DNA of 64,000 nt, from assembly GCF_963931595.1 (NCBI RefSeq), contig NZ_OZ007030.1, positions 548,481 to 612,480 on the forward strand, written 5' to 3'. The notes under the pieces are model-generated. The model saw only the letters and a list, made by a program, of their open reading frames with translations, was not told the DNA's origin and made no database searches. The stretch is from an uncultured Subdoligranulum sp. Its GTDB lineage: Bacteria > Bacillota > Clostridia > Oscillospirales > Ruminococcaceae. A program made the translations under genes and the position numbers. Position 1 is the first letter of the stretch, and each line of letters opens with the position of its first letter. Shown here piece by piece: positions 16,624-26,336 of this stretch.

Positions 16624-17478
16624 TTATCGTTTGTCAAAGGCTTCCCGCCTCTGGGTGGATAGCCGGAACATCTCCTCCAGGCCTTCCCGGTCGTCCTCCA
16701 CCAGCTTTTTGCGCATATCCAGCAGCGTGTTGGTGAACATGTCGATCTCGGAGATCAGGTTGTCCTTGTTCCACAGGAACAGTTCCGCCCACATCTTGTC
16801 GTTGATCCGGGCGATGCGGGTCAGGTCCCGGAAGGAATCGCCGGTGTAGCGGGCCAGTTCCGAGTTGTCCGAAGCGCACATCAGGCTCACGGCGATGGCG
16901 TGGCAGAGCTGGCTCACATAGCCGATCATGTGATCGTGCTCGGCGGGGGTTAGCTCGCTGATCCGCTTGAAGCCCAGCGTCTCGGCCAGGTCATGGCACC
17001 AGTCGATGCCGGCCTGGGTGTTGCGGGCGGTGGGGGTGATGATGAAGTTGGCGGGGGCAAAATCCACCTCGGCGCTGTGGGCAATGCCGCTGGTCTCCCG
17101 CCCGGCCATGGGATGGCTGGCGATGAACTCCACACCCTCGGGCAGCATCTCCTGGATGGGTTCCACCACGCCCCGCTTGACGCCCGAAACATCGGTGACC
17201 ATCGTGCCGGGCTGCAGAAGATCCCCGTATTCCCGCACCCAGTCCAGCAGGACGGTGGGGTAGAGCCCGAAGATCACGCAGTCCGCCTTGATGACCAGGT
17301 CGGCAAAATCTTCGGTCTTGCCGGCACAGATATAGTCATGGCTCAGGGCGTAGTCCAGGGTGGACTGGCTGTGGGTGATGCCGGTCACACGGTAGCCTTT
17401 CTGGCTGAGCACCTGGGCGTATTTGCCGCCCAGCAGGCCCAGCCCCACGATCAGATAGGTTTTGCTTTTATCCAACAT
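16624..17478 (-). CDS. tyrA: Prephenate dehydrogenase
   Basis: GLGLLGG Rossmann motif, TDVSGVK, SHPMAGRE, HDHMIGYVSQLCH, SFRDLTRIA. Confidence 0.93.
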   Translation of the reverse strand: MLDKSKTYLIVGLGLLGGKYAQVLSQKGYRVTGITHSQSTLDYALSHDYICAGKTEDFADLVIKADCVIFGLYPTVLLDWVREYGDLLQPGTMVTDVSGVKRGVVEPIQEMLPEGVEFIASHPMAGRETSGIAHSAEVDFAPANFIITPTARNTQAGIDWCHDLAETLGFKRISELTPAEHDHMIGYVSQLCHAIAVSLMCASDNSELARYTGDSFRDLTRIARINDKMWAELFLWNKDNLISEIDMFTNTLLDMRKKLVEDDREGLEEMFRLSTQRREAFDKR

Positions 17479-17495
17479 AGTATCACGACCAAACT

Positions 17496-18785
17496 TTAGT
17501 CAAATTCCACTTTGGCACCCAGGGCGCGCAGGGTGTCCCAGAAGGCGGGCCAGCTCTTGTTGACGGCCTCGGCGCCGCTGATGAGGGCGGGCAGCCCCGA
17601 ACCGCAGGCAGCCACGGCCAGCGCCATGACGATGCGATGATCGTTGTGGCCCGAAAGAGGCGCGTTGGGGGCATGAAGGGCCACGCCGGTGATGTGCACC
17701 TCGTCGCCGTCCACCTCGATGCGGGCGCCCATCTTCTGCAGCTCGGTCTGCATGGCCTCGATGCGGTCGGACTCCTTCAGCCGCAGCCGTCCGGCGTTGT
17801 GAATGACCGTCTCGCCGCTGCAGAAACAGCCCAGCGTGAAGAGCACCGGCCCCAGGTCGGGGCAGTCCGCCAGGTCGATCTCGGTGGCGCGCAGCAGACT
17901 GCGGGAGAATTTGTACCCGCCTTCCACGGCTTTGAACTTGCCGCCGCACCGCTGCAGGATCTCCAGGATGACCTTGTCGCCCTGCTGGCTGGCGGGGTTG
18001 AGGCCCGTCACGGTGATGCCGCCGATCACGCAGCCCAGCACGGCCAGAAAGGCCGCCTGGCTGTAGTCACCCTCCACGGCAAAGTCGCTGGCGGTATATC
18101 GCTGGGGGGCGGGGATGCGGTAGAGCACGCTGCCGTTCTTCCGCGCCCGGGAAGCCACCTTGATGCCGAACTGCTGCATGGCCCCGATGGTCAGGTCCAC
18201 GTAGGAACGGCTCTCGTAGGGGGCCAGCACCTCGATGGTGCTCTCGGATTCCATCAGCGGGGCGGCAAAGAGCAGGCCGCTGATGAACTGGCTGGACACA
18301 TCCCCCGGCAGGGTGAAGCCGCCGGGGCGCAGCCGCCCGAAAATCGTGATGCCGTCGGGGGACTGCTCAAAGCGCAGCCCCTGCCGGTCAAACAGCATCT
18401 GGTAGACCGCCTGGGGCCGGTCGAACAGCCGCCCCCTGCCGGTGAAATGGATCTTCTGGGCGGTCAGGCTGAACAGCGGGATCATGAACCGCAGGGTGGA
18501 GCCGCTCTCGTTGCAGAAGACCGGACGAGTCACCGTCACAAAGCCGCTGGCGTTGCCCCGCCCCGTGATGGTCAGGGAATGGGGCTCCTCCTGGATCTTG
18601 GCGCCCAGCTGGGCCGCGGCGCCAAGGGTGGCCCGGATATCCTGGCTGTACTCGATGTTGATGATGTGGCTCACGCCGTCGGCCAGCGCCGCACAGAGCA
18701 CCGCCCGGTGGGCAGCGCTCTTGCTGGGCGGCACAGTGGCTGCACCGCTCAGCCGGCTGACGTACAGACGGGCATCCACTTTCAC
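17496..18785 (-). CDS. aroA: EPSP synthase
   Basis: PPSKSAAHRA, ESGSTLRF, SSQFISGLL, CPDL, KESDR, DHRIVMA, KSWP. GTG start overlapping the aroF stop is approximate. Confidence 0.94.
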   Translation of the reverse strand: MKVDARLYVSRLSGAATVPPSKSAAHRAVLCAALADGVSHIINIEYSQDIRATLGAAAQLGAKIQEEPHSLTITGRGNASGFVTVTRPVFCNESGSTLRFMIPLFSLTAQKIHFTGRGRLFDRPQAVYQMLFDRQGLRFEQSPDGITIFGRLRPGGFTLPGDVSSQFISGLLFAAPLMESESTIEVLAPYESRSYVDLTIGAMQQFGIKVASRARKNGSVLYRIPAPQRYTASDFAVEGDYSQAAFLAVLGCVIGGITVTGLNPASQQGDKVILEILQRCGGKFKAVEGGYKFSRSLLRATEIDLADCPDLGPVLFTLGCFCSGETVIHNAGRLRLKESDRIEAMQTELQKMGARIEVDGDEVHITGVALHAPNAPLSGHNDHRIVMALAVAACGSGLPALISGAEAVNKSWPAFWDTLRALGAKVEFD

Positions 18786-19798
18786 ATCTCCCGGCCGATG
18801 GCGGCGGCCACCTTGCGGCACATGGCGATGGTCTCGGCGAACTTGTCGGGTTTCAGGCACTGGGCACCGTCGCTCCAGGCGCACTGCGGATTGTCGTGCA
18901 CCTCGATCTCCAGACCGTCGGCACCGGCCGCCACGGCGGCGATGGCCATGCTTTCCACATACTTGTAGTCACCGGTGGCATGGCTGGGGTCCACGATGAT
19001 GGGCAGGTGGGTCTTCTCCTTCACCACCGGCACCGCAGACAGGTCCAGCGTGTTGCGGGTGGCGCGCTCGAAGGTGCGGATGCCCCGCTCGCAGAGGATG
19101 ACGTTCTCGTTGCCGCCGGCCATGATGTACTCGGCGGACATGATCCATTCCTCGATGGTGTTGGCAAGGCCGCGCTTGAGCAGCACCGGCTTGTGCATCT
19201 TGCCGACGGCCTTCAGCAGCTGGAAGTTCTGCATGTTGCGCGCGCCGATCTGCACCACGTCCACGTACTCCTCGAACTCGTCGATGTGGGCCTCATCCAT
19301 CAGCTCGCTGACGATGGGCAGACCGGTGACCTCCCGGGCCTTCACCAGGTCCAGGATGCCCTCGGTGCCCAGCCCCTGGAAGGAGTAGGGGCTGGTGCGG
19401 GGTTTGTAGGCGCCGCCGCGCAGGAAGTTGGCGCCGCCCTCCTTGACCAGCTTGGCCATCTTGATGGTGTGCTCCTCGCCTTCCACGCTGCAGGGGCCGG
19501 CCATCACGGCGATGGGGGCGTGGCCGCCGATCTTGATGCCGTTCACATCCACGACGGTATCCTCGGGGTGGAACAGGCGGTTGGCGCGCTTGTAGGGGGC
19601 CGAAACACGGGTCACATTCTCGACCCAGGGGTTGGCCAGCACGTCCTTCTCGGCGATCTTGGTGGTGTCGCCCACGAGGCCGAAGACGTTATAGTCGGTG
19701 CCGCGGATCAGCGTGACCGAAAGGCCCTGCTTCTCAAAATTCTCAATAATGCGGTCCAGTTCCGCCTGCGGCGTACCCTTTTTGGTGGAAATAATCAT
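18782..19798 (-). CDS. aroF: DAHP synthase type I-beta with an N-terminal regulatory domain
   Basis: AGPCSVE, RGGAYKPRTSPYSFQG, QIGARNMQNF, LCERGIRTF, DPSHATG. Confidence 0.95.
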   Translation of the reverse strand: MIISTKKGTPQAELDRIIENFEKQGLSVTLIRGTDYNVFGLVGDTTKIAEKDVLANPWVENVTRVSAPYKRANRLFHPEDTVVDVNGIKIGGHAPIAVMAGPCSVEGEEHTIKMAKLVKEGGANFLRGGAYKPRTSPYSFQGLGTEGILDLVKAREVTGLPIVSELMDEAHIDEFEEYVDVVQIGARNMQNFQLLKAVGKMHKPVLLKRGLANTIEEWIMSAEYIMAGGNENVILCERGIRTFERATRNTLDLSAVPVVKEKTHLPIIVDPSHATGDYKYVESMAIAAVAAGADGLEIEVHDNPQCAWSDGAQCLKPDKFAETIAMCRKVAAAIGREM

Positions 19799-19832
19799 GA
19801 AGGAAACCTCTTTCTCACAAATTTAAACTACC

Positions 19833-21092
19833 TTACAGTGCAATGTCTGTTTCAAACAGCCGCACGGCGGCCTCCACGGTGTCGGCCAGCGCGCCGGAAT
19901 TGTCCAGCACGGCGTGGGCGGCTGCCTGGTAGAGCGGTGTGCGCTCGGCCTGCAGCTGCTTGAGGGCCGCGCCGCCCTGGGACAGCGGACGGCCGCCGGT
20001 GGCCAGCTTGCCCAGGGGGCGCTGGACCCACAGCACGCATCCGTTCTGGCGCAGGGCGTGGACGTTGGCGTGGGTCTTGATGACGCCGCCGCCGCAGGCG
20101 ATGACCTGCCCGGTGTGCTTGGCCACGTCGGCCAGGATGTCGGCCTCGTACCGGCGGAAGGCCTCCTCCCCCTCGTGGGCGAAGATGTCGGGGATATTGT
20201 TGCCGGTGCGGCGCTCGATCTCCTCGTCCAGATCCACGAAGGTCTTGTTCAGACGCTTGGCAAGGGCGGCGCCCACGGTGGATTTGCCGCAGCCCGGCAT
20301 GCCGATCAGCGAAACGTTGGAGAGTTCCCGCTGCAGCCGGCGGCTGGCGGTGGGAATCACGCTGTCCACCGCAAAGAACCGCCCGGTAAAGTGCTGGGCG
20401 GCATACACTGCCTGGGCCACCAGCATCTCAAAGCCGCCCACCGCCTTGATGCCGTGCTCCTCGGCGCGCAGCAGCAGTTCGGTGCGGAAGGGATTGTAGA
20501 CCACATCCAGCACCGCTTCCAGCTGGGGGAAGGCCGTGGGGTCCAGCATACACTGCCCCACGTTGGGGAACATGCCGCAGGGGGTGGTGTTGACGATGAT
20601 CTGCACGTCCCGGCGGCGCATGGCCTCGTTGTAGGTCAGCGCACCGAATTTGCCGGTGCGGCTGGCCGACAGGATGGTTTTGGCGCCGCTGTCCCGGCAG
20701 ACCGCCTCCACGGTGGAGTGGGTGCCGCCGGTGCCGAGGATCAGCACGGTTTTGTCGGCAAAATCCACGCCATGCACCTTGGCCAGATAGGAAAAGCCCA
20801 GGTAATCGGTGTTGTAGCCATAGAGCTTGCCATCCCGGTTGACGATGGTGTTGACGGCCCCGATGGCCTTGGCCTTGGGGTCCAGCACATCGCAGTAGGG
20901 GATGACCAGCTGTTTGTAGGGAATGGTCACATTGATGGCCGCAAAGGCGCGCTTCTCCATGAAGGCGCGGGCCTCCGCCTCGGTGGGCAGGGGAATCAGT
21001 TCGTACCGGTAGCCGGCCAGCTGTTCATGAATGATCTTGGAATAGCTGTGTCCCAGCTTGGCACCAATCAGACCATACAGTTTTTGTTCCAC
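19833..21092 (-). CDS. aroE: Fused shikimate dehydrogenase (AroE) - shikimate kinase (AroK)
   Basis: LGHSYS, NVTIPYK, GAVNT, NTDYLGF, then LIGMPGCGKSTVG, DLDEEIE, ACGGG. Confidence 0.92.
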   Translation of the reverse strand: MEQKLYGLIGAKLGHSYSKIIHEQLAGYRYELIPLPTEAEARAFMEKRAFAAINVTIPYKQLVIPYCDVLDPKAKAIGAVNTIVNRDGKLYGYNTDYLGFSYLAKVHGVDFADKTVLILGTGGTHSTVEAVCRDSGAKTILSASRTGKFGALTYNEAMRRRDVQIIVNTTPCGMFPNVGQCMLDPTAFPQLEAVLDVVYNPFRTELLLRAEEHGIKAVGGFEMLVAQAVYAAQHFTGRFFAVDSVIPTASRRLQRELSNVSLIGMPGCGKSTVGAALAKRLNKTFVDLDEEIERRTGNNIPDIFAHEGEEAFRRYEADILADVAKHTGQVIACGGGVIKTHANVHALRQNGCVLWVQRPLGKLATGGRPLSQGGAALKQLQAERTPLYQAAAHAVLDNSGALADTVEAAVRLFETDIAL

Positions 21093-21098
21093 AGCGGT

Positions 21099-22229
21099 TC
21101 ACATCCTTTCCTCAGAACTGTAGGTGGGCAGGCCGTGCTTCTGGGCCAGTGTGCCGTAGCGCACGGTAAACAGGTCCAGCAGCCCGAAGGCGGTCAGGGT
21201 ATTCTGCACCACCGCCGCCCGGGGCACGATGCAGGGATCGTGGCGGCCCTTGATCTGCAAAAGGGCATCCTTTTGTGCCACATAGTCCACCGTGTGCTGC
21301 TCTTTATAGATGCTGGCGGTGGGCTTGATGACGGTGCGGAAGACCAGCGGCATGCCGTTGGTGATGCCGCCGTTGATGCCACCGTTGCGGTTGGTGGTGG
21401 TGACGATCTTGCCGTCCCGCATGGTGAAGGGGTCGTTGGCCTCGCTGCCGCGCATACCGGCAAAGCGGAACCCGGCGCCGAACTCCAGCCCCTTGCAGGC
21501 GGGGATGGCAAACATCAGGTGGCCCAGCTCACTCTCCACGCTGTCAAACCAGGGCTCGCCGATGCCGGCGGGCAGCCCGGTGACGATGGTCTCCAGGATG
21601 CCGCCCACGCTGTCCCGGTCACTGCCGGCGGCGCGGATGGCGTCCTGCATGGCGGCTTCCCTGGAGGGATCCAGCAGCGCAAAATGGCCCGGCTCCGGCT
21701 CGGGCATGACCAGCCCGGCGGCGCTGGAAAGGGGGGCATCCTCGATGCCCGCGCAGGCCGCAATGTGGGTGTACACCCGGATGCCGAGACTTTTCAGCAC
21801 GCTCTCACACAGGGCACCGGCCGCCACCGAAGCGGCGGTGAGCCGTCCGGAAAAATGTCCGCCGCCCCGGGCATCCTGGAAGCCCTCGTACTTGGCGTAG
21901 GCCGTATAATCGGCGTGACCGGGGCGCAGCAGATCGGCCGTTTTGGCATAGTCACCGCTGCGGGTGTTGAGGTTGCGGATCATCAGCGCGATGGGGGTGC
22001 CGGTGGTATGGCCTTCATAAACGCCGGACAGAAATTCCACGGCGTCGGCCTCGGTGCGGGCGGTGGAAAGGCCGTCGCCGCGGGCACGACGGCGGTCCAT
22101 GGCGGCGGCGATGGCAGCCACATCCACCGGCAGACCGGCGGCCAGACCGTCCAGCACCGCGCCCACGGCGGGGCCGTGGCTCTCGCCGAATATGGTCAGA
22201 CTGATCGCGTTGCCAAAGGTGTTTTTCAT
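21099..22229 (-). CDS. aroC: Chorismate synthase
   Basis: FGESHG, RPGHADY, GGHFSGRLT, GGINGGITNG, GRHDPC. Confidence 0.95.
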   Translation of the reverse strand: MKNTFGNAISLTIFGESHGPAVGAVLDGLAAGLPVDVAAIAAAMDRRRARGDGLSTARTEADAVEFLSGVYEGHTTGTPIALMIRNLNTRSGDYAKTADLLRPGHADYTAYAKYEGFQDARGGGHFSGRLTAASVAAGALCESVLKSLGIRVYTHIAACAGIEDAPLSSAAGLVMPEPEPGHFALLDPSREAAMQDAIRAAGSDRDSVGGILETIVTGLPAGIGEPWFDSVESELGHLMFAIPACKGLEFGAGFRFAGMRGSEANDPFTMRDGKIVTTTNRNGGINGGITNGMPLVFRTVIKPTASIYKEQHTVDYVAQKDALLQIKGRHDPCIVPRAAVVQNTLTAFGLLDLFTVRYGTLAQKHGLPTYSSEERM

Positions 22230-22289
22230 CAGACAGAGTCCTTTCCGGGAAAAAACTGGTCCGCCGCCGGAGCAGCGGACGGGAAAAAC

Positions 22290-23315
22290 TTATTCCAGGC
22301 CCAGCAGGCGGGGCAGTTCGGAGGTGGAGATGGTGTCGGCCCGCCAGCAGCCCAGGCCGGGGCACTTGATGACCGTGATGTGGTCGCCCCGGGTCTTCTT
22401 GTCGTGCTGCATATACTCCAGCACCTTCGCCTTGTTGGCGCCGGTGCGGGTGGGCAGCCCCAGCGTGCGGTAGATGGCCCGCACCCGTTTTACCAGGGCC
22501 GGGTCCTCGATCATGGGCAGCATGCCCAGCGCCACGCACTCGCCGTGGTACAGCCCGGTGGTGCGGCGGCCGCGGATGCCCCGCACCGCCTCGATGCCGT
22601 GGCCGATGGTGTGGCCGAAGTTGAGGCAGGCGCGCACGCTACCTTCCCGCTCGTCCTGCTCCACGATCTTCTTCTTGAATTTCAGGCTGCGGTAGACGAT
22701 CTGCTCGATCTGTTCCTCGGGATGCTCGGTCTCAAACAGGGCGAACAGCTGGGCGTCGCCGATGAGGCCGGTCTTGAGGGCTTCCGCCAGACCGTTGACC
22801 ACATGGCGGCGGGGCAGGGTGGCCAGTGTATCGAAGTCCACCAGCACCACCTTGGGCTGCCAGAAGGCGCCGACGATGTTCTTGGTCTCCCCCAGGTCGA
22901 TGGCGGTCTTGCCGCCGATGGAGGAATCCACCTGGGCCAGCACGGTGGTGGGGCAGTTCACGAAGTCGATGCCGCGCATATAGCTGGCTGCGCAGAAACC
23001 GCCCAGATCCCCCACAACACCGCCGCCCACGGCCACCAGCAGGTCCTTGCGGTCCATATCGAAATCCAGCATGGCCTGCAGGACCTGGCCGAAGACCTTC
23101 AGGCACTTGCTGCCTTCGCCCTGGGGAATGGTGTAGATGGTGGAATGGGGGCACTGGGCGGCGATGGTCTCGGCATACTGCCGGGGCACGCCGGAATCGG
23201 TCAGTACAAACACCTTGCGGTTCTGCACGTTGGTGAACTGGTGCAGGTTGGCAAGGCAGCCCCCCTTCAGGATGATGTCATAGCTGCGGCTTTTCAGTTG
23301 CATCGTCAGTTTCAT
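22290..23315 (-). CDS. aroB: 3-dehydroquinate synthase
   Basis: GEGSK, GGGVVGDLGGF, PTTVLAQVDSSIGGKT, LNFGHTIGHGIE, HGECV. Confidence 0.95.
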   Translation of the reverse strand: MKLTMQLKSRSYDIILKGGCLANLHQFTNVQNRKVFVLTDSGVPRQYAETIAAQCPHSTIYTIPQGEGSKCLKVFGQVLQAMLDFDMDRKDLLVAVGGGVVGDLGGFCAASYMRGIDFVNCPTTVLAQVDSSIGGKTAIDLGETKNIVGAFWQPKVVLVDFDTLATLPRRHVVNGLAEALKTGLIGDAQLFALFETEHPEEQIEQIVYRSLKFKKKIVEQDEREGSVRACLNFGHTIGHGIEAVRGIRGRRTTGLYHGECVALGMLPMIEDPALVKRVRAIYRTLGLPTRTGANKAKVLEYMQHDKKTRGDHITVIKCPGLGCWRADTISTSELPRLLGLE

Positions 23316-23333
23316 GCTTCGCACGTCCTTTTG

Positions 23334-24446
23334 TCATCGATTGTTTTCCGCCGTATCCAGCGTAAAGGCGCCCACAAGCCGCAGCGTGCTGCAGTCGGTG
23401 CGCAGAATGTCCAGCAGCGCCTCGCAGTCGGCGCGGGTGCTGCCGGCGGGGCAGACCAGCTGAACGTAGAAATAGTATTGGAAGGGCACATGGGGCAGCG
23501 GGCGGCTCTTGATGCACTCCATATTGAAGCTGCGGGCGCCGATCTGGTCCAGTACCGCCGCCAGCCGGCCCGGTTTGTGCCGGGCGGTGAAGAGCAGCGC
23601 CAGCCGCTGGCCCTCCCCGGTCATAACGGGCGGCTGCTCGGCGCGCTCGATCACGATGAACCGGGTGGTGTTGTCGCCGTCGGCGTTGACGCCCGCCGCC
23701 AGGATCTGCAGCCCGTACAAATCGGCCGTCTCGGCACTGGCGATGGCTGCCACCGACGGGTCTTTGAGCTCGGCAATGTGCTTCGCGGCGTCGGCGGTGT
23801 TGCTCCAGGGCTGGGTGGTCAGGCCGTGCTGCTGCAGGAAGACGCTGCTCTGGGCCAGGGCCTGGGGATGGCTGATGACGGTGCGGACCCCAGCCAGGGT
23901 TGCCCCCGGCACACCCAGCAGATCCTGACGGATGGGCAGGTCGCACATCCGGGCCACGATCAGCCCGGGATGGGTGTAGAGCAGGTCCAGCACGGTGGAA
24001 ACATCCCCGGCATTGGAATTCTCAAAGGGCAGCACGCCGAACTCGGCGTCGCCATTCTGCACGGCGTCAAAGACTTCCGCCCAGGTGGCAAAGGAGAGTG
24101 TACGGGAAAAAGGAAACAGCCGCCGCAGGGCGATGTGACTCCAGGCCCCCTGCACGCCCTGGTAAGCGGCGGTGTCCCGGCCCAGCATGGCGCGCTGGTA
24201 AGCGCGGGAGACGGCCATCGCTTCCTGCAAAAACGTGCGGTAGTAGGGGCGCAGGGTTTCATCCTGCAGACGGGCTGTGTTTTTATCCAGGACGGCCGCC
24301 TCGCGGACGGCATCGAAAATCGGCTTGCCGGTCTGGGCCTTGTAGCGTGCCACGTCGGCCACCGCCCGCATCCGCCGCTCGAAGAGGGAGGCCATCTCGG
24401 CGTCCACGGCGTCAATTTCGGTGCGCGCTTGCTGTAACAGGTCCAT
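23334..24446 (-). CDS. pheA: Bifunctional chorismate mutase / prephenate dehydratase
   Basis: N-terminal AroQ-type CM (EIDAVD..LFERRM), then YQGVQGAWS, LPFENS, SHPQALAQ, NTTRF and an ACT domain (IKSRP). Confidence 0.93.
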   Translation of the reverse strand: MDLLQQARTEIDAVDAEMASLFERRMRAVADVARYKAQTGKPIFDAVREAAVLDKNTARLQDETLRPYYRTFLQEAMAVSRAYQRAMLGRDTAAYQGVQGAWSHIALRRLFPFSRTLSFATWAEVFDAVQNGDAEFGVLPFENSNAGDVSTVLDLLYTHPGLIVARMCDLPIRQDLLGVPGATLAGVRTVISHPQALAQSSVFLQQHGLTTQPWSNTADAAKHIAELKDPSVAAIASAETADLYGLQILAAGVNADGDNTTRFIVIERAEQPPVMTGEGQRLALLFTARHKPGRLAAVLDQIGARSFNMECIKSRPLPHVPFQYYFYVQLVCPAGSTRADCEALLDILRTDCSTLRLVGAFTLDTAENNR

Positions 24447-24547
24447 GGGAAACGGCTCCTTTGCTCATGAAATGGTGAATATACACAGTCAGTATACCAT
24501 AAAGAAAAAGCCACCACAAGAGTGGCGGCAAGAAAAATGATACCCGA

Positions 24548-25390
24548 TCAGCCGTGCAGGGCGCTGCGCAGCGCAGCCAGCAGTTCGGCCTGGTATTCAG
24601 GGCTGAAGGTGCCGTGAAGCAGTTTGGGCAGCGCTTCCTCCTGCAGACGGCGCCAGCTCTCGGCCTCGCGCCCCGGCAGGATCGGCACAAAGGAAACCCC
24701 GTTGGCTGCGGCGGCCTGGGCATCGCCCATGGCGTCGCCCACCATCATGACCTTGCGGCTCTCATACCCGCAGGCCAGCATGGTGGCAATGGAATTGGCC
24801 TTGCTGCCCACCTCCTGGCCGAAGATGATGTCGGCATGCTGGGCCAGGCCGTAGCGCTTCCACTCGCTGGCGATGGCGCTCTCGTTGGCGGCGCTCACCA
24901 CCGCCAGATCGGCCACGGTGTGCAGCTGGCGCAGACTCTCCTGCACGCCGGGGAAGGGCTCAAAGGTGGGTTCCAGTGCCTGGATGCGCCGGTTGCAGGC
25001 GTTGCTCCACTCCAGCAGCTTGCGCAGCGTCAGGCTGCCGGTCTTCTTGATCTCCAGCTGCAGGCTGGCGGTGGAAAGTTCGGTGGCGGTATTGACCCAG
25101 GTGGCGATATCCTCGCTGCCGGGAATCTCGATGCCCCGGTTTTTCAGCCGGTCAAAGACCAGCACCACGCTCTCGAACCGGGAGATACCCCGCGTCAGTG
25201 TGTGGAGGTTGATCTCCTCCCAGGCGGCGGAGACAAAGTCGGCATAGTCCTCCAGTGCAAACACCCGGATGAGCTCGGGACACATGACCGTCGTATGTTT
25301 GATCTGTACGGTGTTCATCACACAGCCGTCAGAATCCATACAAACCAAAAATTCACGTCTTTTGGTAAAATCCGTCAATGCGTTCGCCAT
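24548..25390 (-). CDS. HAD-superfamily hydrolase
   Basis: MDSDGC motif I, VVSAAN motif II, GSK, MVGDAMGD motif IV. Confidence 0.85.
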   Translation of the reverse strand: MANALTDFTKRREFLVCMDSDGCVMNTVQIKHTTVMCPELIRVFALEDYADFVSAAWEEINLHTLTRGISRFESVVLVFDRLKNRGIEIPGSEDIATWVNTATELSTASLQLEIKKTGSLTLRKLLEWSNACNRRIQALEPTFEPFPGVQESLRQLHTVADLAVVSAANESAIASEWKRYGLAQHADIIFGQEVGSKANSIATMLACGYESRKVMMVGDAMGDAQAAAANGVSFVPILPGREAESWRRLQEEALPKLLHGTFSPEYQAELLAALRSALHG

Positions 25391-25437
25391 GATGCCAACC
25401 CCCCAATACCTTCCCGGAACGTAGTTGATTCATACCT

Positions 25438-25466
25438 ATCATAACAAAGCGCCCGGTGCTTGGCAA
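25438..25466 (-). promoter_or_regulatory. Sigma-A promoter of the HAD gene
   Basis: TTGCCA-17-TATGAT on the minus strand. Confidence 0.65.
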
Positions 25467-25510
25467 TGGTTTTTTTGAAAATAATTCGGCTTTTGTACAA
25501 AAATACAAAT

Positions 25511-26242
25511 TCAGGAATCGGCCTCTTCGCTGAGGGCCTGCCCGATGGGCTGGTTCAGCACCAGCGTTGCCATGCTGTCGGCGGGGGTGGGCTGCTTGTT
25601 GATGACCACGAGATCGTTGCCCCGGAAATACCGCGGCAGACCGGCCGCCGGGTAGACCGCCAGGCTGGTGCCGCCCACGATCAGGGTATCGGCGGCCGCG
25701 ATGGCGTGCACGGCGTTTTCCAGCGTCTGCTCATCCAGACCTTCCTCGTAGAGCACCACGTCGGGCTTGACGATGCCGCCGCACTCGGTGCAGCGGGGAA
25801 TGCCGTCGCCCTTGCCGGCGGCTTCCTCAATGAAGGAAACGGGGTAGAATTTGCCGCAGCGGGTGCAGTAGTTGCGCAGGGTGGAGCCGTGCAGCTCGTA
25901 GACGGTACGGCTGCCGGCGGCCTGATGCAGTCCGTCGATGTTCTGGGTCACCACGGCCTTGCAGATGCCCTGCCGTTCCAGCTTGGCCAGCCGCAGATGG
26001 GCGGCGTTGGGCCTGGCGCCGTGGACAATGAGTTTGCTGCGGTAGAAATCAAAGAATTCCGCGGTATGGCTCTCGTAGAAGCTGTGGGAGAGCATGACCT
26101 CGGGCGGGTAGCGGAATTTCTGGTGATAGAGCCCGTCCACCGAACGGAAATCCGGGATACCGCTCTCGGTGGAAACGCCCGCCCCGCCGAAAAATACCAG
26201 ATTTTTGGATTTTGCCAGAATCGCTTCCAAAGCCGGAACCAT
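25511..26242 (-). CDS. cobB: Sirtuin (NAD-dependent protein deacylase)
   Basis: GAGVSTESGIPDFRS, TQNIDGLH, ELHGS, CxxC...CxxC zinc site, KPDVVLYEE, GTSLAVYPA. Confidence 0.95.
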   Translation of the reverse strand: MVPALEAILAKSKNLVFFGGAGVSTESGIPDFRSVDGLYHQKFRYPPEVMLSHSFYESHTAEFFDFYRSKLIVHGARPNAAHLRLAKLERQGICKAVVTQNIDGLHQAAGSRTVYELHGSTLRNYCTRCGKFYPVSFIEEAAGKGDGIPRCTECGGIVKPDVVLYEEGLDEQTLENAVHAIAAADTLIVGGTSLAVYPAAGLPRYFRGNDLVVINKQPTPADSMATLVLNQPIGQALSEEADS

Positions 26243-26336
26243 ACAAACTTCCCCTTTCGTTTTGGCCGCAGATGGATTATAATGGAAAAAACGCAGCCTG
26301 TGCTTTCATTATAATACAAAACAAGGGGGATGCAAG

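Noticed and set aside
19914-24437. 1507-aa plus-strand ORF
   Set aside because: Antisense shadow of the aroE/K-aroC-aroB-pheA genes. No recognisable domain; stop-free antisense frames are expected with high GC3 codon bias.
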